Assembly: GCA_963770895.1 (NCBI GenBank)
Contig: CAVYRF010000001.1
Location: forward strand, 1,152,001 to 1,216,000
Source: an uncultured Acidobacteriota bacterium
GTDB taxonomy: Bacteria; Acidobacteriota; Thermoanaerobaculia; Multivoradales; UBA5704
Length of the DNA stretch: 64,000 nt
Direction: 5' to 3'
Positions 29,801-36,634 of this stretch are shown piece after piece (the first letter of the stretch is position 1; each line of letters opens with the position of its first letter). Below the pieces are notes generated by a model. The model did not search any database. It saw only the letters and a list, made by a program, of their open reading frames with translations, and was not told where the DNA came from. Both the position numbers and the translations under genes were made by a program.

Positions 29801-32800
29801 AGCACGGCGCGTCGCTCAGCGCCAACCTCGAGTACAACAGCGACCTCTTCGACGCCGCCACCGTCCGGCGCCTGACGGAGCGCTTCCAGGCACTCCTCAC
29901 GGCCGCGGTGGGCGATCCGCAAGCGCCGGTCGCCGCGCTGCCGCTGCTCGGCGCCGCCGAGCGGCACCAGCTGCTCCACGAATGGAATCCCGGCGCCACC
30001 AGCTACCCGGCCGAGCCCGGCCTGGCGGCCCTCTTCGCGCGCCAGGCGGCGCGCCGGCCGGCGGCCCCGGCCGTGCGTTACGGCGACACGCTGCTGACCT
30101 ACGGCGAGCTGCGGCGCCGCGCCGGCCGCCTGGCCCGCCGCCTGCGCGCGCAGGGCGTCGGCGTGGACACCCGAGTCGGATTGGCCGTCGAGCGCTCGCC
30201 GCATCTGGTGGCGGCAATGCTCGGCATCGTCGAGGCGGGCGGCGCCTACGTGCCGCTCGATCCCGACTATCCGCGGGCGCGGCTCGACTACATCCTGCGC
30301 GACTGCGGCCTGCAGGTGCTGGTGGCGACGCGGACGGCGCTCGCGGCGCTGCCGGCGCCGCCGGCAGACATGGGAGTCGCGCACGTCGTCCTGGTCGGGG
30401 AGCCGGGCGACGACGCCGCGGAGGGCGGGTCGCCGGTCGCGCCGAGCGCCCTCGCCTCGCCGGGCGCCGGCGCGGCCAGCCTGGCCTACGTGATCTACAC
30501 CTCGGGCTCCACCGGCGAGCCCAAGGGGGTGGAGGTGCCGCAGGGCGCGGTGGCGCGGCTGGTGCTCGCGACCGACTACCTGCAGCTCGGGCCGGACGAC
30601 CGGGTCGGCCAGGCCGCCAACGCCAACTTCGACGCCATCACCTTCGAGGTCTGGGGTCCGCTGCTCAACGGCGGCTGCATCGTCGGCATCGACAAGGACG
30701 TGGCGCTGGCGCCGGCGGCCCTGGCGCGCCTGCTGCGCGACCAGCAGGTGACGGCGATGTTCCTGACCTCCTCGCTGTTCAACCAGGTGGTGCGCGAGGA
30801 GCCGGGCGCCTTCGCCGGCCTCGACACGCTGCTGGTCGGCGGCGAGGCGGTCGATCCGGGCTGGGTCCGCAAGCTGCTCGCCGGGGCGCCGCCGCGCCGG
30901 CTGCTCAACGGTTACGGGCCGACCGAGAGCACCACGTTCGCCTCGTGGCACCGCGTCGCCGCGCCGCCCGCCGACGGCGCCACGGTGCCGATCGGGCTGC
31001 CGCTCGCCAACACCAGCCTGCACGTGCTCGACGGCGAGCTGCAGCCGGTGCCGATCGGCGTCGCGGGGCAGCTGGCCATCGGCGGCGACGGCCTGGCCCG
31101 CGGCTACTGCCGCCGGCCGGCCGCCACGGCGGAGCGCTTCGTGCCCGATCCCTTCGCCGGGCCGGCCGGCGCCCGCCTCTACCTCACCGGCGATCGCGTG
31201 CGCCGGCGCGCCGACGGCGCCATCGAGTTCCTCGGCCGCCTCGATCGCCAGGTCAAGATCCGCGGCTTCCGCATCGAGCCCGGCGAGATCGAGGCCCGCC
31301 TGCGCGAGCACCCGGCGGTCGGCGACTGCGTGGTCGCGGCGCTGCCGGCGGCCGGGGGCGACGGCAGCGGCAAGGCCGCCGCCGCCGCCCCCGCCGAACG
31401 CCGCCTGGTCGCCTACGTGGTGCAGGACCCCGACTGGCAAGGTGGCGAGGAAGCCGGCACCCAGCACGACCAGGTGACCCAGTGGGGCGTCGTCTTCGAC
31501 GACATCTACCACCGCGACGCCGCCGATCCCGACCCGACCTTCAACTTCGTCGGCTGGGACAGCACCTACACCGGCGAGCCGCTGCCGCGGGCGCAGATGG
31601 TGGAGTGGCTCGACGACACGCTGGCGCGGATCTCCGCCCTCGCGCCGCGACGGGTGCTCGAGATCGGCTGCGGCACCGGCATGCTGCTGTTCCGGCTGGC
31701 CCCGCGGTGCGAGCTGTATTGGGGGGCCGACGTTTCGGCCCGCGCCCTCGCCTATGTCCAAAGCCGGCTGGGCGACCTGGCCGGCGATCCCGGCCGGGTG
31801 CGCCTGCTGGCCCGCCCGGCCGACTGCTTCGACGGCATCGCCCCCGGCTCGTTCGACACCGTCATTCTCAACTCGGTGGTCCAGTACTTCCCCAGCGCCG
31901 AGTACCTGGCCGGCGTGCTGGCGGCGGCCGCCGCGGCGGTGCGTCCGGGCGGCGCCATCTTCCTTGGCGACGTGCGCAGCCTGTCGCTGCTGCCGGCCTT
32001 CCACCTCGCCGTCGAGCTGGCCCGCGCCGACCCGGCGCTGCCGCTCGCCGCTCTGCGCTCCCAGGTGCTGGCACGCCGGCAGCTCGAAAACGAGCTGGCG
32101 CTGTCGCCCGCCTTCTTCGCCGACCTGCAGCGGCGGGTGCCGGCGATCCGCCGGGTGGAGATCCATCCCAAGCGCGGGCATGCCCACAACGAGCTGACCG
32201 CCTTCCGCTACCAGGTCGTGCTGCGCATCGGCGCCAGCCACGGCGCCACCGATGCCACCCACGCCGCCGCCGCCATCGGCGCAGCCGCTGCGCCCGCCTG
32301 GCGGGACTGGCGGGCGGGCGGCCTGACCCTCGAGCGCTTGCAGAGCGAGCTCCAGAGCGACGGAGCGGGCCTGATCGCGCTCTCCGGCATCCCCAACCTG
32401 CGGCTCGCGACCGACGTGGCGGCCGCCCGCCTGGCGTGGGAGGACGTGCCCCCCGAGGCGGCCAATGGGCACGGCACCCTGCACGCCGGTGGAGCGAAGG
32501 CTGCGGCCGCCGGCGCCACCGCCGGCGATCTGCGCCGCCGGGCGGCAGCTGCCGCCGCGGCGTCCGGCGCCGTCGATCCGCAGGCGCTATGGGACCTTGC
32601 GGCCCAGCTGTCCTACGACATCGAGATCGGCTGGGCGGCGCCGGGTGCCGACGGCGCCTTCACCGCACTGCTGCGTCGCCGCCCCGCCGCCCCCGCTGCG
32701 CACGACGCGGCGGTTCCGCCCCTGGCCGAGCTGCTCCCCCAGCCGGCGCCCGGCGCGACCGCCGCCGAGCTCGCCAACCGACCGCTCCGCGGGCGCTTCG

Positions 32801-34635
32801 CCCGGCGGCTGGCGCCCGAGCTGCGCGCTTTTCTCGGCGCACGCCTGCCGGAGCCGATGCTCCCCGCGGCGTTCGTCCTGCTCGATGCCCTGCCGCTCAA
32901 CGCCAACGGCAAGCTGGACATCCAGCGGCTGCCGCCCCCGGAAGCCGCCCGCGGCGCCGCCGCCGGGACGCTTTCGGCGCCGCGTACGCCGCTCGAAGAG
33001 CGCCTCGCCGCGATCTGGGCGGAGCTGCTCGGCCTGGCGCGGGTCGGCGTCGACGAAAGCTTCTTCGATCTCGGCGGCCACTCGCTGATCGGCGCCCAGC
33101 TGATCTCCCGCCTGCGCCAGGTGCTGGAGGTCGACCTGCCCTTGCGCCTCCTCTTCGAGGCGCCGACGGTGGCTGCAATGGCCGTCGAGATCGAGCTTCT
33201 GCAGCGCGGCGCCGGCGCCCGCGAGCTGCGCACCATCGCCTCCTTCGGCGAGGTCCGCGACTCGCCGCCGCCGCTGTCGTTCGCGCAGGAGCGTTACTGG
33301 TCGGGCCGGCACCTCGAGGCCCGCTCGGTGGCCTCGACCGTGCCGCTGCTCATGCACCTTCAAGGCCCGCTCGACCTCGTCTGCCTGCGGCAGGCGATCG
33401 CGGCGGTCGTCGAGCGCCACGAGCTCCTGCGCACCAGCTTCCAGGACGGTCCGGCCGGGCCGACCCAGGTCATCCACCCCATGGTGCCGCTGCATTTCCC
33501 GATCGTCGATCTCGGGCGGTTGGGCGCCGCCGAGCGGATGGCGGAGGTGCGGCGCTTCAGCATCGTCGACGGCAGGCTGCACTTCGACTACCAGCGCCCG
33601 CCGCTCTTCCGTCAGACCCTCTTCCGCGGCGCGGCCGACGAGCACATCCTGCTCTTCACCATCCATCACGTCGCCGCCGACTGGTGGTCGGGCTCCATCC
33701 TGATCGGCGAAGTCTCGGCCCTCTACCTGGCCATCCACGAACGCCGGCCCTCGCCCCTGCCGCCGGTCGTCGCGCAGTTCCAGGACTTTGCGCGCTGGCA
33801 GCGTCGCCTCTCGCAGGAGGAGGCGCACGCCAGCCAGGTGACCTTCTGGCGCGACCACCTGCACGGCGCCCTCCCCATCGACCTCAACCCCGGCCGGCCG
33901 CGCCCCCAAAAGCCCACCTACACCGCCGCCGTCGAGGAAGTCCACGTTCCGGCGGACCTCGAAAAAGAGCTCGACGCCTTTTCCGCCCGCCACGGCGTCA
34001 CCCTCTTCATGACCCTGCTGGCCGCCTTCAAGGCGCTCCTGCATCACGAGACCGGGCAGGACGACCTGGTCGTCCCCTGCAGCTTCGCCAACCGCAACCA
34101 GTTCGAGACGGAATCTCTGATGGGCAACCTGGCCGTCAACCTCCCCCTGCGCACCCGCCTCGCGGGAGTGGAAACCTTCCGCGATCTCCTGCAGCGGGTG
34201 CGGCACGTGACCCTCCAGGCCCACGACCATCCGGACATCTTCTGGGAGCCCGTGGTGGCAGGCATGAGCTTCCTCGAAGAAGGCGATCGGGGAGGGCTCA
34301 CCACCTTCCGCATCCTCTTCCAGCTCATCAAGGCGCCCCCCACCGCCGAGGCCGCCTCCGACCTCCGCATCACCCAGCTGGGCGTCGACACCGGCAAGAT
34401 CCGCCTGGACATGAGCCTCTTCCTCACCCAGGACAACGGCCTCTCCGGACGCTTCCGCTACCACCGCGACATCCTCGACAAGCCAAGGGTCGCCCGCATG
34501 CGCCATCGCTTCCTGCGCATCCTCGCCGCCATCGTCGCCGACCCCGACCGCCCCCTGGCCGACCTGGCCCAGGCGCCAGCCGATCCAATCCCCCAGGAGC
34601 CGATCCCGCAAGCCGACGCTGTGCTCGGCAGCTGA
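17872..34635 (+). CDS. Hybrid NRPS-PKS: C*(HPIVGDG)-A-KS-AT0-KR0-ACP-C-A(Gly)-T-C-A(N-MT, Val/Ile-type)-T-C(terminal, HHVAADWW)
   Basis: KS motifs QTACSTS, EAHGSAT, KTNIGH. AT GHGLG. ACP GGDSLL. A codes by eye: DILQLGVIWK (Gly) and DAFFLGGTFK (Val/Ile-type). MT VLEIGCGTG. Start placed at the ATG at 17872 (AAGGA upstream); the track start is 17833. Confidence 0.94.
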   Translation: MTPENLESIYRLSPVNEGMLSFAQERLWSLDQLQGGALNNVPLALRMSGELRVALLARALAEVRRRHQVLRAVFRGDGGDGGGGQVRQMVLPPAGADLGLVDLTALPIARRQPAAAEGIAAEARRPFDLARGPLLRTRLFQLGETEHLLLVELHPIVGDGWSTGVLVREVAALYRAFFLGEASPLGELPVQYADFAAWQRSWLSGEVLARQLAFWREHLAGAPPVLELPTDRPRPQLQNLRGRRLAVDLDRSLADALVALGQRHRATLFMVLAAAFQALLARTSGAPEICLGTPVAGRTRPETEGLIGPFANTLVLRGDLSRDPTFADHLAAVRRDVVAASEHQELPFAKLLAALVPEHQRSLAHTPLFQVMLALQNAPVGPLDLPGVRLEPLALENPCARFDLTLTLAEAARGLAGSMEYGVALFDRATIARLAAQLETLLRSVTSTVTGAAGAEQRISALALLGAAERQQLLVEWRGQAGQAPAVTVPERLALQASRTPTAVALEWRDQRLTYGELARRAGLVARRLRAAGVGAETRVGLLVERSLDLVTGLLGIWLAGGAAVPLDPGQPASRLQQLLDDALPAGAAALVSQRSLAELHASLRLGSLPVVWMEDAAQAAAEAGPALSPPAPGDLAYLVYTSGSTGRPKAVMVEHGSLAHTMAAYEACGLAVAERVPILAPATFDAFFCELLPLLTGGTAVLFDIRPVLDQQLLLAELERATVLFATPALMRQLTAALLERAARGSRPPRLRWVWSGGEAVGRDLVAAMRRAFPGSRIGVLYGPTETTVDALWDEPDAETHNGLGWPLPGVTVEVRDAAWSLAPAGSPGELWLGGPGLARGYLGRPDLTAERFVPSPSGRGARLYRSGDLVRFRPNGRLEFLGRMDQQVKLRGIRVEPGEVEAVLADFPGVAAAAVLVRRHAAGDERLVACVAAAAGLQIGELRRFAESRLPSYMVPNQFVLLEGLPLTRHGKVDRRALSELAMAEAPAAAAAREPQAAARAVAIVGMAGRFPGAPDLAAFWRNLRDGIESISFFTDAELDRAGVRRELRQTPGYVAAAGVLPEADLFDAGFFDVGPREAQIMDPQQRVLLEVAAEALERAGYGAGSLAAGAARIGVFAGGGTSTYALNHLIGRAEFDGLELALGNDSDFLATRLSYKLDLKGPAVTVQTACSTSLVAVHQAVRSLLDGECDLALAGGVNVTSTQFDGHVYQEGGIVSPDGHNRAFDARAKGSVSGNGAGVVVLKPLARALADGDPIHAVVLGSALNNDGAGKVGFTAPAELGQAQVIAAAQAAAGVSPESIGYVEAHGSATPVGDPIEIAALTRAFRAGTARQGFCAVGSVKTNIGHNGSAAGIAGLLKTVLALAHGQIPASLHYERPNPQIDFASSPFYVPRELAGWPAGGAPRRAGVSSFGLGGTNVHVVLEEAPAPPPAAAPSRPWQPLVLSARTAAALEAATDRLVAHLEAHPDADLADVAATLATGRKGHSWRRAVVCRDTREARQLLAARDPRRLLSATVDGASRPVAFLFSGPDEQYPAMAAGLYRDEPAFRERLDRHAAVLAPLLGVDPLAVLFAPAAPLAPTAVSQPLLFAVELALAELWRQWGVEPQAMLGHGLGEYVAACVAGVFSAEAALRLVVERARRIDALSPGAMLAVPLGREELQPLLPDQAWMAAVDGPRTSVVSGTPAAIAQLARRLDEQGIASRLLATTHALHCPLLAPAAAALAELLRQVPLAAPRIPCLSSLTGTWITASQATDPGYWAEQLCRPVQFAAGVAELWREPGRVLVEIGPGANLASLALQQPAGGAADPVAVSSLPEAYERQPDRAHLLGAAARLWLSGVRLDWRAVWGGERRRRLALPTYPFERQRYWIERLGPAARTRLDALPETAPESGPRLYLPAWRLTPSLPAPDAARLRGQGAPWLVLSDDAGLGRCITARLRQAGARVVEVAAGDGFAALGADAFRVDPREPGDYGLLVAALAREGEERPLPRRIVHLWGVQKKGPWQRRCASCLLGLVQALDRAARTPGTAAALPALRVLVAADGLHPFAAAGRRRAELAPLAALCRALPRELPGIACRAVDVELPRGAVRRERLAAALLAEIAAIPDTTETAGIGDVGDIGGSGEHRQGRGTPWPGGIALRAGERWAEAFELVPADPAAPSRPLAEDATVLLLGRRAGLLAAAAVALGRMGVRTVWDQGESGPTAAGAAGATGAAGEAPAPLAGVIVGEEALLGELPELPLAQGMSADLGAWDAALAGVADRFAALVRRLTVQEAGFCLVASSFAPLAPRPGEALRAAAGSLADALAEEAGWSAPAVAWGRVVWDARLEEPNGAAPPAVGEAVPAQILASVLAQLAAGEGTEQLVVSRGEPSPPRATAFPGTLHGRPNLKNPYVAPRSESERRLAAIWQDLLGIDPIGIHDSFFELGGDSLLAVQVIARVRDAWGVEIAPRELFEARTPAALAAAIAALRAADGIPAATPAIVPAARPQGRESRGPLSFAQQRLWFIDQLEGGALYNVPMALRVDGALSVAVLSRTLQEVVRRHEVLRTVFPAVDGRSQQVILPPAGLALPLVELTGLPAALRQPVAARLVAAEARRPFDLARGTRAAASAGRPTRSAGLFRAGLWRLGQTEHLLLLNLHHIVSDGWSLGVLLREIATLYGAFAAGGPSPLPELPVQYADFAIWQRSWLQGEVLDEHLDYWRRQLAGVPPVLALPLDRPRPPVQTFPGATRPLQLERGLSDAVGELCRSRGVTPFMVLLAAWTALLGRHAGQDDVPVGTPVAGRGRRETEGLIGFFVNTLVLRGDLAGNPSFAELLDRVRRTSLDAFAHQDLPFERIVEAIAVERNRAVSPLFQVFFAFQNIRLGTLDLSGLRLAPLDVHTGLANFDLTLTLQQGPAGFAGTLEHNTDLFDGSTAERLAAHFATLLRAAMDDPGLPVQDLPLLPAWERQQSLVEWCDTDRALAPVCLHQLVEAQLDRAPDAVALIAGDRHLSCAELEARANRVARHLRSLAVGPDQLVGLCTDRSPEMVIGMLGILKAGGAYLPLDPAYPRERLAFLMEDSGVRVLLTEGDLAERVPAGAARVVRLDGPAFLGAASGERRREGGATPASLAYVIYTSGSTGKPKGAGISHAAVVNLLASMQARPGMGTADALLAVTTLSFDIAALEIYLPLVCGARLLLASRQMAQDGELLRQALAAGEVTVMQATPATWRLLLAAGWTGARGLTVLCGGEALARDLADQLLGACDSLWNVYGPTETTIWSSLDEVAPGGEGGDRVVGGGGVPSVGGGAVAIGRPLDNTGIYLVSPRLEAVPAGVAGELLIGGAGLARGYHGRPDLTAEKFVPHPLAAARPAAGARLYRTGDLARHLAGGRIEYLGRIDHQVKVRGFRIEPGEIEAALGRHPELRQAVVAVREDRPGDQRLVAWVVPSGERAPAAAELRSYLAERLPEPLVPAAFVALASLPLLPNGKVDRRALPAPEWTPAAAAASLPRTPAEELLAGIFAEVLGLPGVGAEDDFFTLGGHSLLATQLVARIFQVFGVELPLRAVFESRTLAQMAARIAALRGAAAAGAGMAPPLVPRAAGADARGLPLSFAQERLWFLDQLVPDNPFYNIYNALRIEGPLDEATLERAVREVMHRHEGLRTVFAERDGIPVQVVQSAPARGLATIDLTALGAAPRRAEADRLAGAEGRRPHNLTRGPLLRAHLVRLSAGDRLLMLNVHHIAADGWSMDLLSRELAALYGAFARGEPSPLPPLAVQYPDFALWQREWLAAGPLAAQLDYWRRQLAGLDEALDLPADRPRSAVESFRGGHLDFALAPRLAADLTALARRHGATPAMALLAAFQALLGRDTGRRDVPVGVAIANRTRREVEDLIGFFVNTLVLRLDLGGRPGLGALLGRVRDVALAAYDHQDLPFERLVEDLNPGRSLARNPLVQVLFGFQNFPRTAVAVGGLTFAPLAENAADPGTSKFDLTLFVFEHGASLSANLEYNSDLFDAATVRRLTERFQALLTAAVGDPQAPVAALPLLGAAERHQLLHEWNPGATSYPAEPGLAALFARQAARRPAAPAVRYGDTLLTYGELRRRAGRLARRLRAQGVGVDTRVGLAVERSPHLVAAMLGIVEAGGAYVPLDPDYPRARLDYILRDCGLQVLVATRTALAALPAPPADMGVAHVVLVGEPGDDAAEGGSPVAPSALASPGAGAASLAYVIYTSGSTGEPKGVEVPQGAVARLVLATDYLQLGPDDRVGQAANANFDAITFEVWGPLLNGGCIVGIDKDVALAPAALARLLRDQQVTAMFLTSSLFNQVVREEPGAFAGLDTLLVGGEAVDPGWVRKLLAGAPPRRLLNGYGPTESTTFASWHRVAAPPADGATVPIGLPLANTSLHVLDGELQPVPIGVAGQLAIGGDGLARGYCRRPAATAERFVPDPFAGPAGARLYLTGDRVRRRADGAIEFLGRLDRQVKIRGFRIEPGEIEARLREHPAVGDCVVAALPAAGGDGSGKAAAAAPAERRLVAYVVQDPDWQGGEEAGTQHDQVTQWGVVFDDIYHRDAADPDPTFNFVGWDSTYTGEPLPRAQMVEWLDDTLARISALAPRRVLEIGCGTGMLLFRLAPRCELYWGADVSARALAYVQSRLGDLAGDPGRVRLLARPADCFDGIAPGSFDTVILNSVVQYFPSAEYLAGVLAAAAAAVRPGGAIFLGDVRSLSLLPAFHLAVELARADPALPLAALRSQVLARRQLENELALSPAFFADLQRRVPAIRRVEIHPKRGHAHNELTAFRYQVVLRIGASHGATDATHAAAAIGAAAAPAWRDWRAGGLTLERLQSELQSDGAGLIALSGIPNLRLATDVAAARLAWEDVPPEAANGHGTLHAGGAKAAAAGATAGDLRRRAAAAAAASGAVDPQALWDLAAQLSYDIEIGWAAPGADGAFTALLRRRPAAPAAHDAAVPPLAELLPQPAPGATAAELANRPLRGRFARRLAPELRAFLGARLPEPMLPAAFVLLDALPLNANGKLDIQRLPPPEAARGAAAGTLSAPRTPLEERLAAIWAELLGLARVGVDESFFDLGGHSLIGAQLISRLRQVLEVDLPLRLLFEAPTVAAMAVEIELLQRGAGARELRTIASFGEVRDSPPPLSFAQERYWSGRHLEARSVASTVPLLMHLQGPLDLVCLRQAIAAVVERHELLRTSFQDGPAGPTQVIHPMVPLHFPIVDLGRLGAAERMAEVRRFSIVDGRLHFDYQRPPLFRQTLFRGAADEHILLFTIHHVAADWWSGSILIGEVSALYLAIHERRPSPLPPVVAQFQDFARWQRRLSQEEAHASQVTFWRDHLHGALPIDLNPGRPRPQKPTYTAAVEEVHVPADLEKELDAFSARHGVTLFMTLLAAFKALLHHETGQDDLVVPCSFANRNQFETESLMGNLAVNLPLRTRLAGVETFRDLLQRVRHVTLQAHDHPDIFWEPVVAGMSFLEEGDRGGLTTFRILFQLIKAPPTAEAASDLRITQLGVDTGKIRLDMSLFLTQDNGLSGRFRYHRDILDKPRVARMRHRFLRILAAIVADPDRPLADLAQAPADPIPQEPIPQADAVLGS

Positions 34636-34798
34636 TCTCGAGATCGACCGGCCCAAGGCGGCAGCTCCGGCGCGGCCGCCGGGAGGGCTCCCCTTGTCGT
34701 CGCGCTGCGGGCTCGCCAAGCGGCTTGGCGGTGAGCCGTATCGCCAGCGGTTCCCCGCATTGCCTCGCCCCAGAGCGCCGCCAAGCGGACCCCTCCCG

Positions 34799-35685
34799 TC
34801 ATCCGCCCCTCCCCAGACTGCCAGGAGGGCGAGCACACGCCGGCGCCTCTCGCCGGCACCGCACGAGTGAGAACCCCGCCTTCACGCCAGGTCGGTTCGC
34901 CGCGTCGCCCCGATCGCGAAGCGCCTGGCGGCGCGTGCGCAATCGGGGCCGGGGCGACAATACTTCATGCCACTTCCTCAATTCCGGCACATCCAAGTAA
35001 CCCCAAGACATATCGCCAAACCGCAGCTCTCGTAGGTTATTCCTCGGAAGCCGTACAACATGACTGAGGGGTCCTGCTTGTCGCGGCAAGTGATGGTACA
35101 CCTCATAAGCCAGGATGTCGGCCGCCTGTAGCGCCACGAACTCCCGCTCGTTCTCAAATCGCAGAGAAAGGAGGCGGAGGTTGTTCTTTTGTAAGGGGTC
35201 TTGCTCGTTTTCCTGAAACAGCTTCAGGCTGACGCCAGCGCCGCTTGCTCCACTTTCAAAAGTATATGCAATTTGAGCGGCTGGCGCCTTTGCCCTAACA
35301 AGCTTGGCCGCGTCCATAAAGCAGGCCATGGCGGCCAGCCGTACGCGCCCCCAGTGAGCTGTTTCGCTCCCTCAGAGAAAATCGAGTCAAATTCTTTTTT
35401 GGGAACCGCAATGCCAACGCTGCCAAGCGTGTGCCTCTTAACGATGTCAACTAGCCTGGAGTATCTAGCGCGCCTTTCATTGTGAGTCCAGGATTTATAT
35501 GGCTCAACCCGAGTGGAGCAAAAATCCACCATGTGAAACATGTCAAGCCCAAGCTCCGCCAGCGCGAGTTTCCACTCTGTCTCATAATCGAGCCACAACT
35601 CTTGGGTTGATATATATCCTGCCACGCTCAATACTCTTGAGCGTTGATGTGTTCCGCTCTCATCAAAATAGGCTTCAAGAATCAC
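34799..35685 (-). pseudogene. DUF3800-like protein, frameshifted (or sequencing error)
   Basis: The N-terminal ORF 35224-35685 has AYFDESG...VAGY and the C-terminal ORF 34799-35329 has LQAADILAYE, the two hallmark motifs of this family. Adding one base near 35338 joins GGAYG to LAAMACFMD. Confidence 0.75.
34885..34952. repeat. 68-bp palindromic (REP-like) element, copy 1
   Basis: cgccaggtcggttcgccgcgtcgccccgatcgcgaagcgcctggcggcgcgtgcgcaatcggggccgg. It is 64/68 identical to 36635-36702 and has inverted arms gccccgat...atcggggc. Confidence 0.85.
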
Positions 35686-35815
35686 GAGGTATCAATCTTT
35701 CGGCCGGGGGCCGCTTGGTGCATGGCGGGGAGGAGCGGCCCTCCCCTACAGGAGGACCGTATAGCAGGCCGAGGCCGCGGGAGCCGCAACACAGGAAGAG
35801 AGCACTGCCCGCCGC

Positions 35816-36157
35816 TCATGCCGCTTGCAAGATGAAACTGACGCGTACGGCGTCGTAGGGAAATACGATGCGGCCGTCGCCGGTCTTCTCCAGGAGTCCG
35901 GCGGCGAGCAGTGCATGGACATCTCCGTGCACCGCCTTGACGTCCCGTCCCACACGACGGGCAGCCTCCCGTATGGAGACCTCTCCCGCGCCGGTCAGTT
36001 GCGCGAGCAGCTCCCATCGTTTCTGCGTCAGTACCTTGAACATTAGCGCCGGCGTCTCGAAGCTGATGAAGGCCCCTTGGGCCTGCCCCGCCATGGCGCG
36101 GACGAAACGGCGATCCGTCTCCACGCGCGGCGAGATCTCCAGAGTCACAGTTCGCAT
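35816..36157 (-). CDS. HTH DNA-binding protein (HVO_A0114-like), probable antitoxin/regulator, 113 aa
   Basis: MRTVTLEIS...ISFETPALMFKVLTQKRWELL...SIREAARRVGRDVKAVHGDVHALLAAGLL...FPYDAVRVSF. The ATG lies 1 nt after the stop of the upstream gene. The track's extension to 36403 is spurious. Confidence 0.85.
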   Translation of the reverse strand: MRTVTLEISPRVETDRRFVRAMAGQAQGAFISFETPALMFKVLTQKRWELLAQLTGAGEVSIREAARRVGRDVKAVHGDVHALLAAGLLEKTGDGRIVFPYDAVRVSFILQAA

Positions 36158-36158
36158 G

Positions 36159-36440
36159 TCACGGCCTCCAGCGCTCCACGTCCCGCCAGAAGTCGGCGAG
36201 GAGCTGTTCCGGCGTGATAAAGGTGTAGGGGGTTTGCTGGTTGCCGGCATGGCGATGGTCACCCTTGCCCGCCTCGTTGTCGTACCGCAGGATACAGGTC
36301 CCGTCGACCACCAGCGCGAGTCGATACTTGAAAGGATGCGCGCTTCCCGGGACGGGCGCTGGCAGGCGCCACACGACCAGTTCCACGAAAGCATCTCCGG
36401 CAATGATCCGCCGTTCCCGGAACAGGGGATCGGCCTTCAT
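36159..36440 (-). CDS. DUF6516-family (TumE-like) putative toxin, 93 aa
   Basis: Family-like motifs W.LP.PVPGS.H.FKYRL and RYDNEAGKGDHRH. It is paired with the downstream HTH gene. Confidence 0.82.
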   Translation of the reverse strand: MKADPLFRERRIIAGDAFVELVVWRLPAPVPGSAHPFKYRLALVVDGTCILRYDNEAGKGDHRHAGNQQTPYTFITPEQLLADFWRDVERWRP

Positions 36441-36476
36441 GTTGGAGAGAATACCAACACCAAAAGCGAATGTCCA
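36441..36476 (-). promoter_or_regulatory. Sigma70-type promoter of the TA-like operon with an overlapping inverted repeat; probably leaderless
   Basis: On the minus strand: TGGACA-17 nt-TATTCT with an extended TG, then 7 nt to the ATG. The inverted repeat GTTGG-N8-CCAAC (36441-36458) spans the -10. Confidence 0.65.
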
Positions 36477-36634
36477 CGGCCGCGGATCTGATCCGCGACC
36501 ATCTACGCAACTGGCGTGGCAGGCTCGGAAACCGGCGAGCCAGAATCAGAGGTAGCGGTCCGCTCCCGAGCTTCGAGGTCGCGGTCCAGGCTCGCCAGGC
36601 GATAGACGACCCAGCCCCCGACGATCGAGACGGG

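Noticed and set aside
16459-32484. Very long minus-strand ORFs (3014 aa and 2313 aa; also 2837-5992, 5996-9433, 38527-42591, 44464-48462, 54595-60378)
   Set aside because: They are antisense shadows of GC-rich NRPS genes, where stop codons are rare. They show no domain motifs and overlap well-supported + strand genes completely.
34705-34740. Hairpin gctcgccaagc-g-gcttggcggtgagc after the hybrid NRPS-PKS as an intrinsic terminator
   Set aside because: The stem is imperfect and has no U-tract on either strand, and such hairpins are common at this GC content.
24825-35000. 3391-aa alternative-frame + strand ORF and similar Arg/Gly/Pro-rich off-frame ORFs
   Set aside because: The low-complexity R/G/A/P composition is what frame-shifted reading of GC-rich codons produces. 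There are no motifs.
36158-36403. Upstream extension of the HTH ORF to 195 aa
   Set aside because: It overlaps the DUF6516-like gene in another frame. The family-like sequence starts at MRTVTLEIS (36157).
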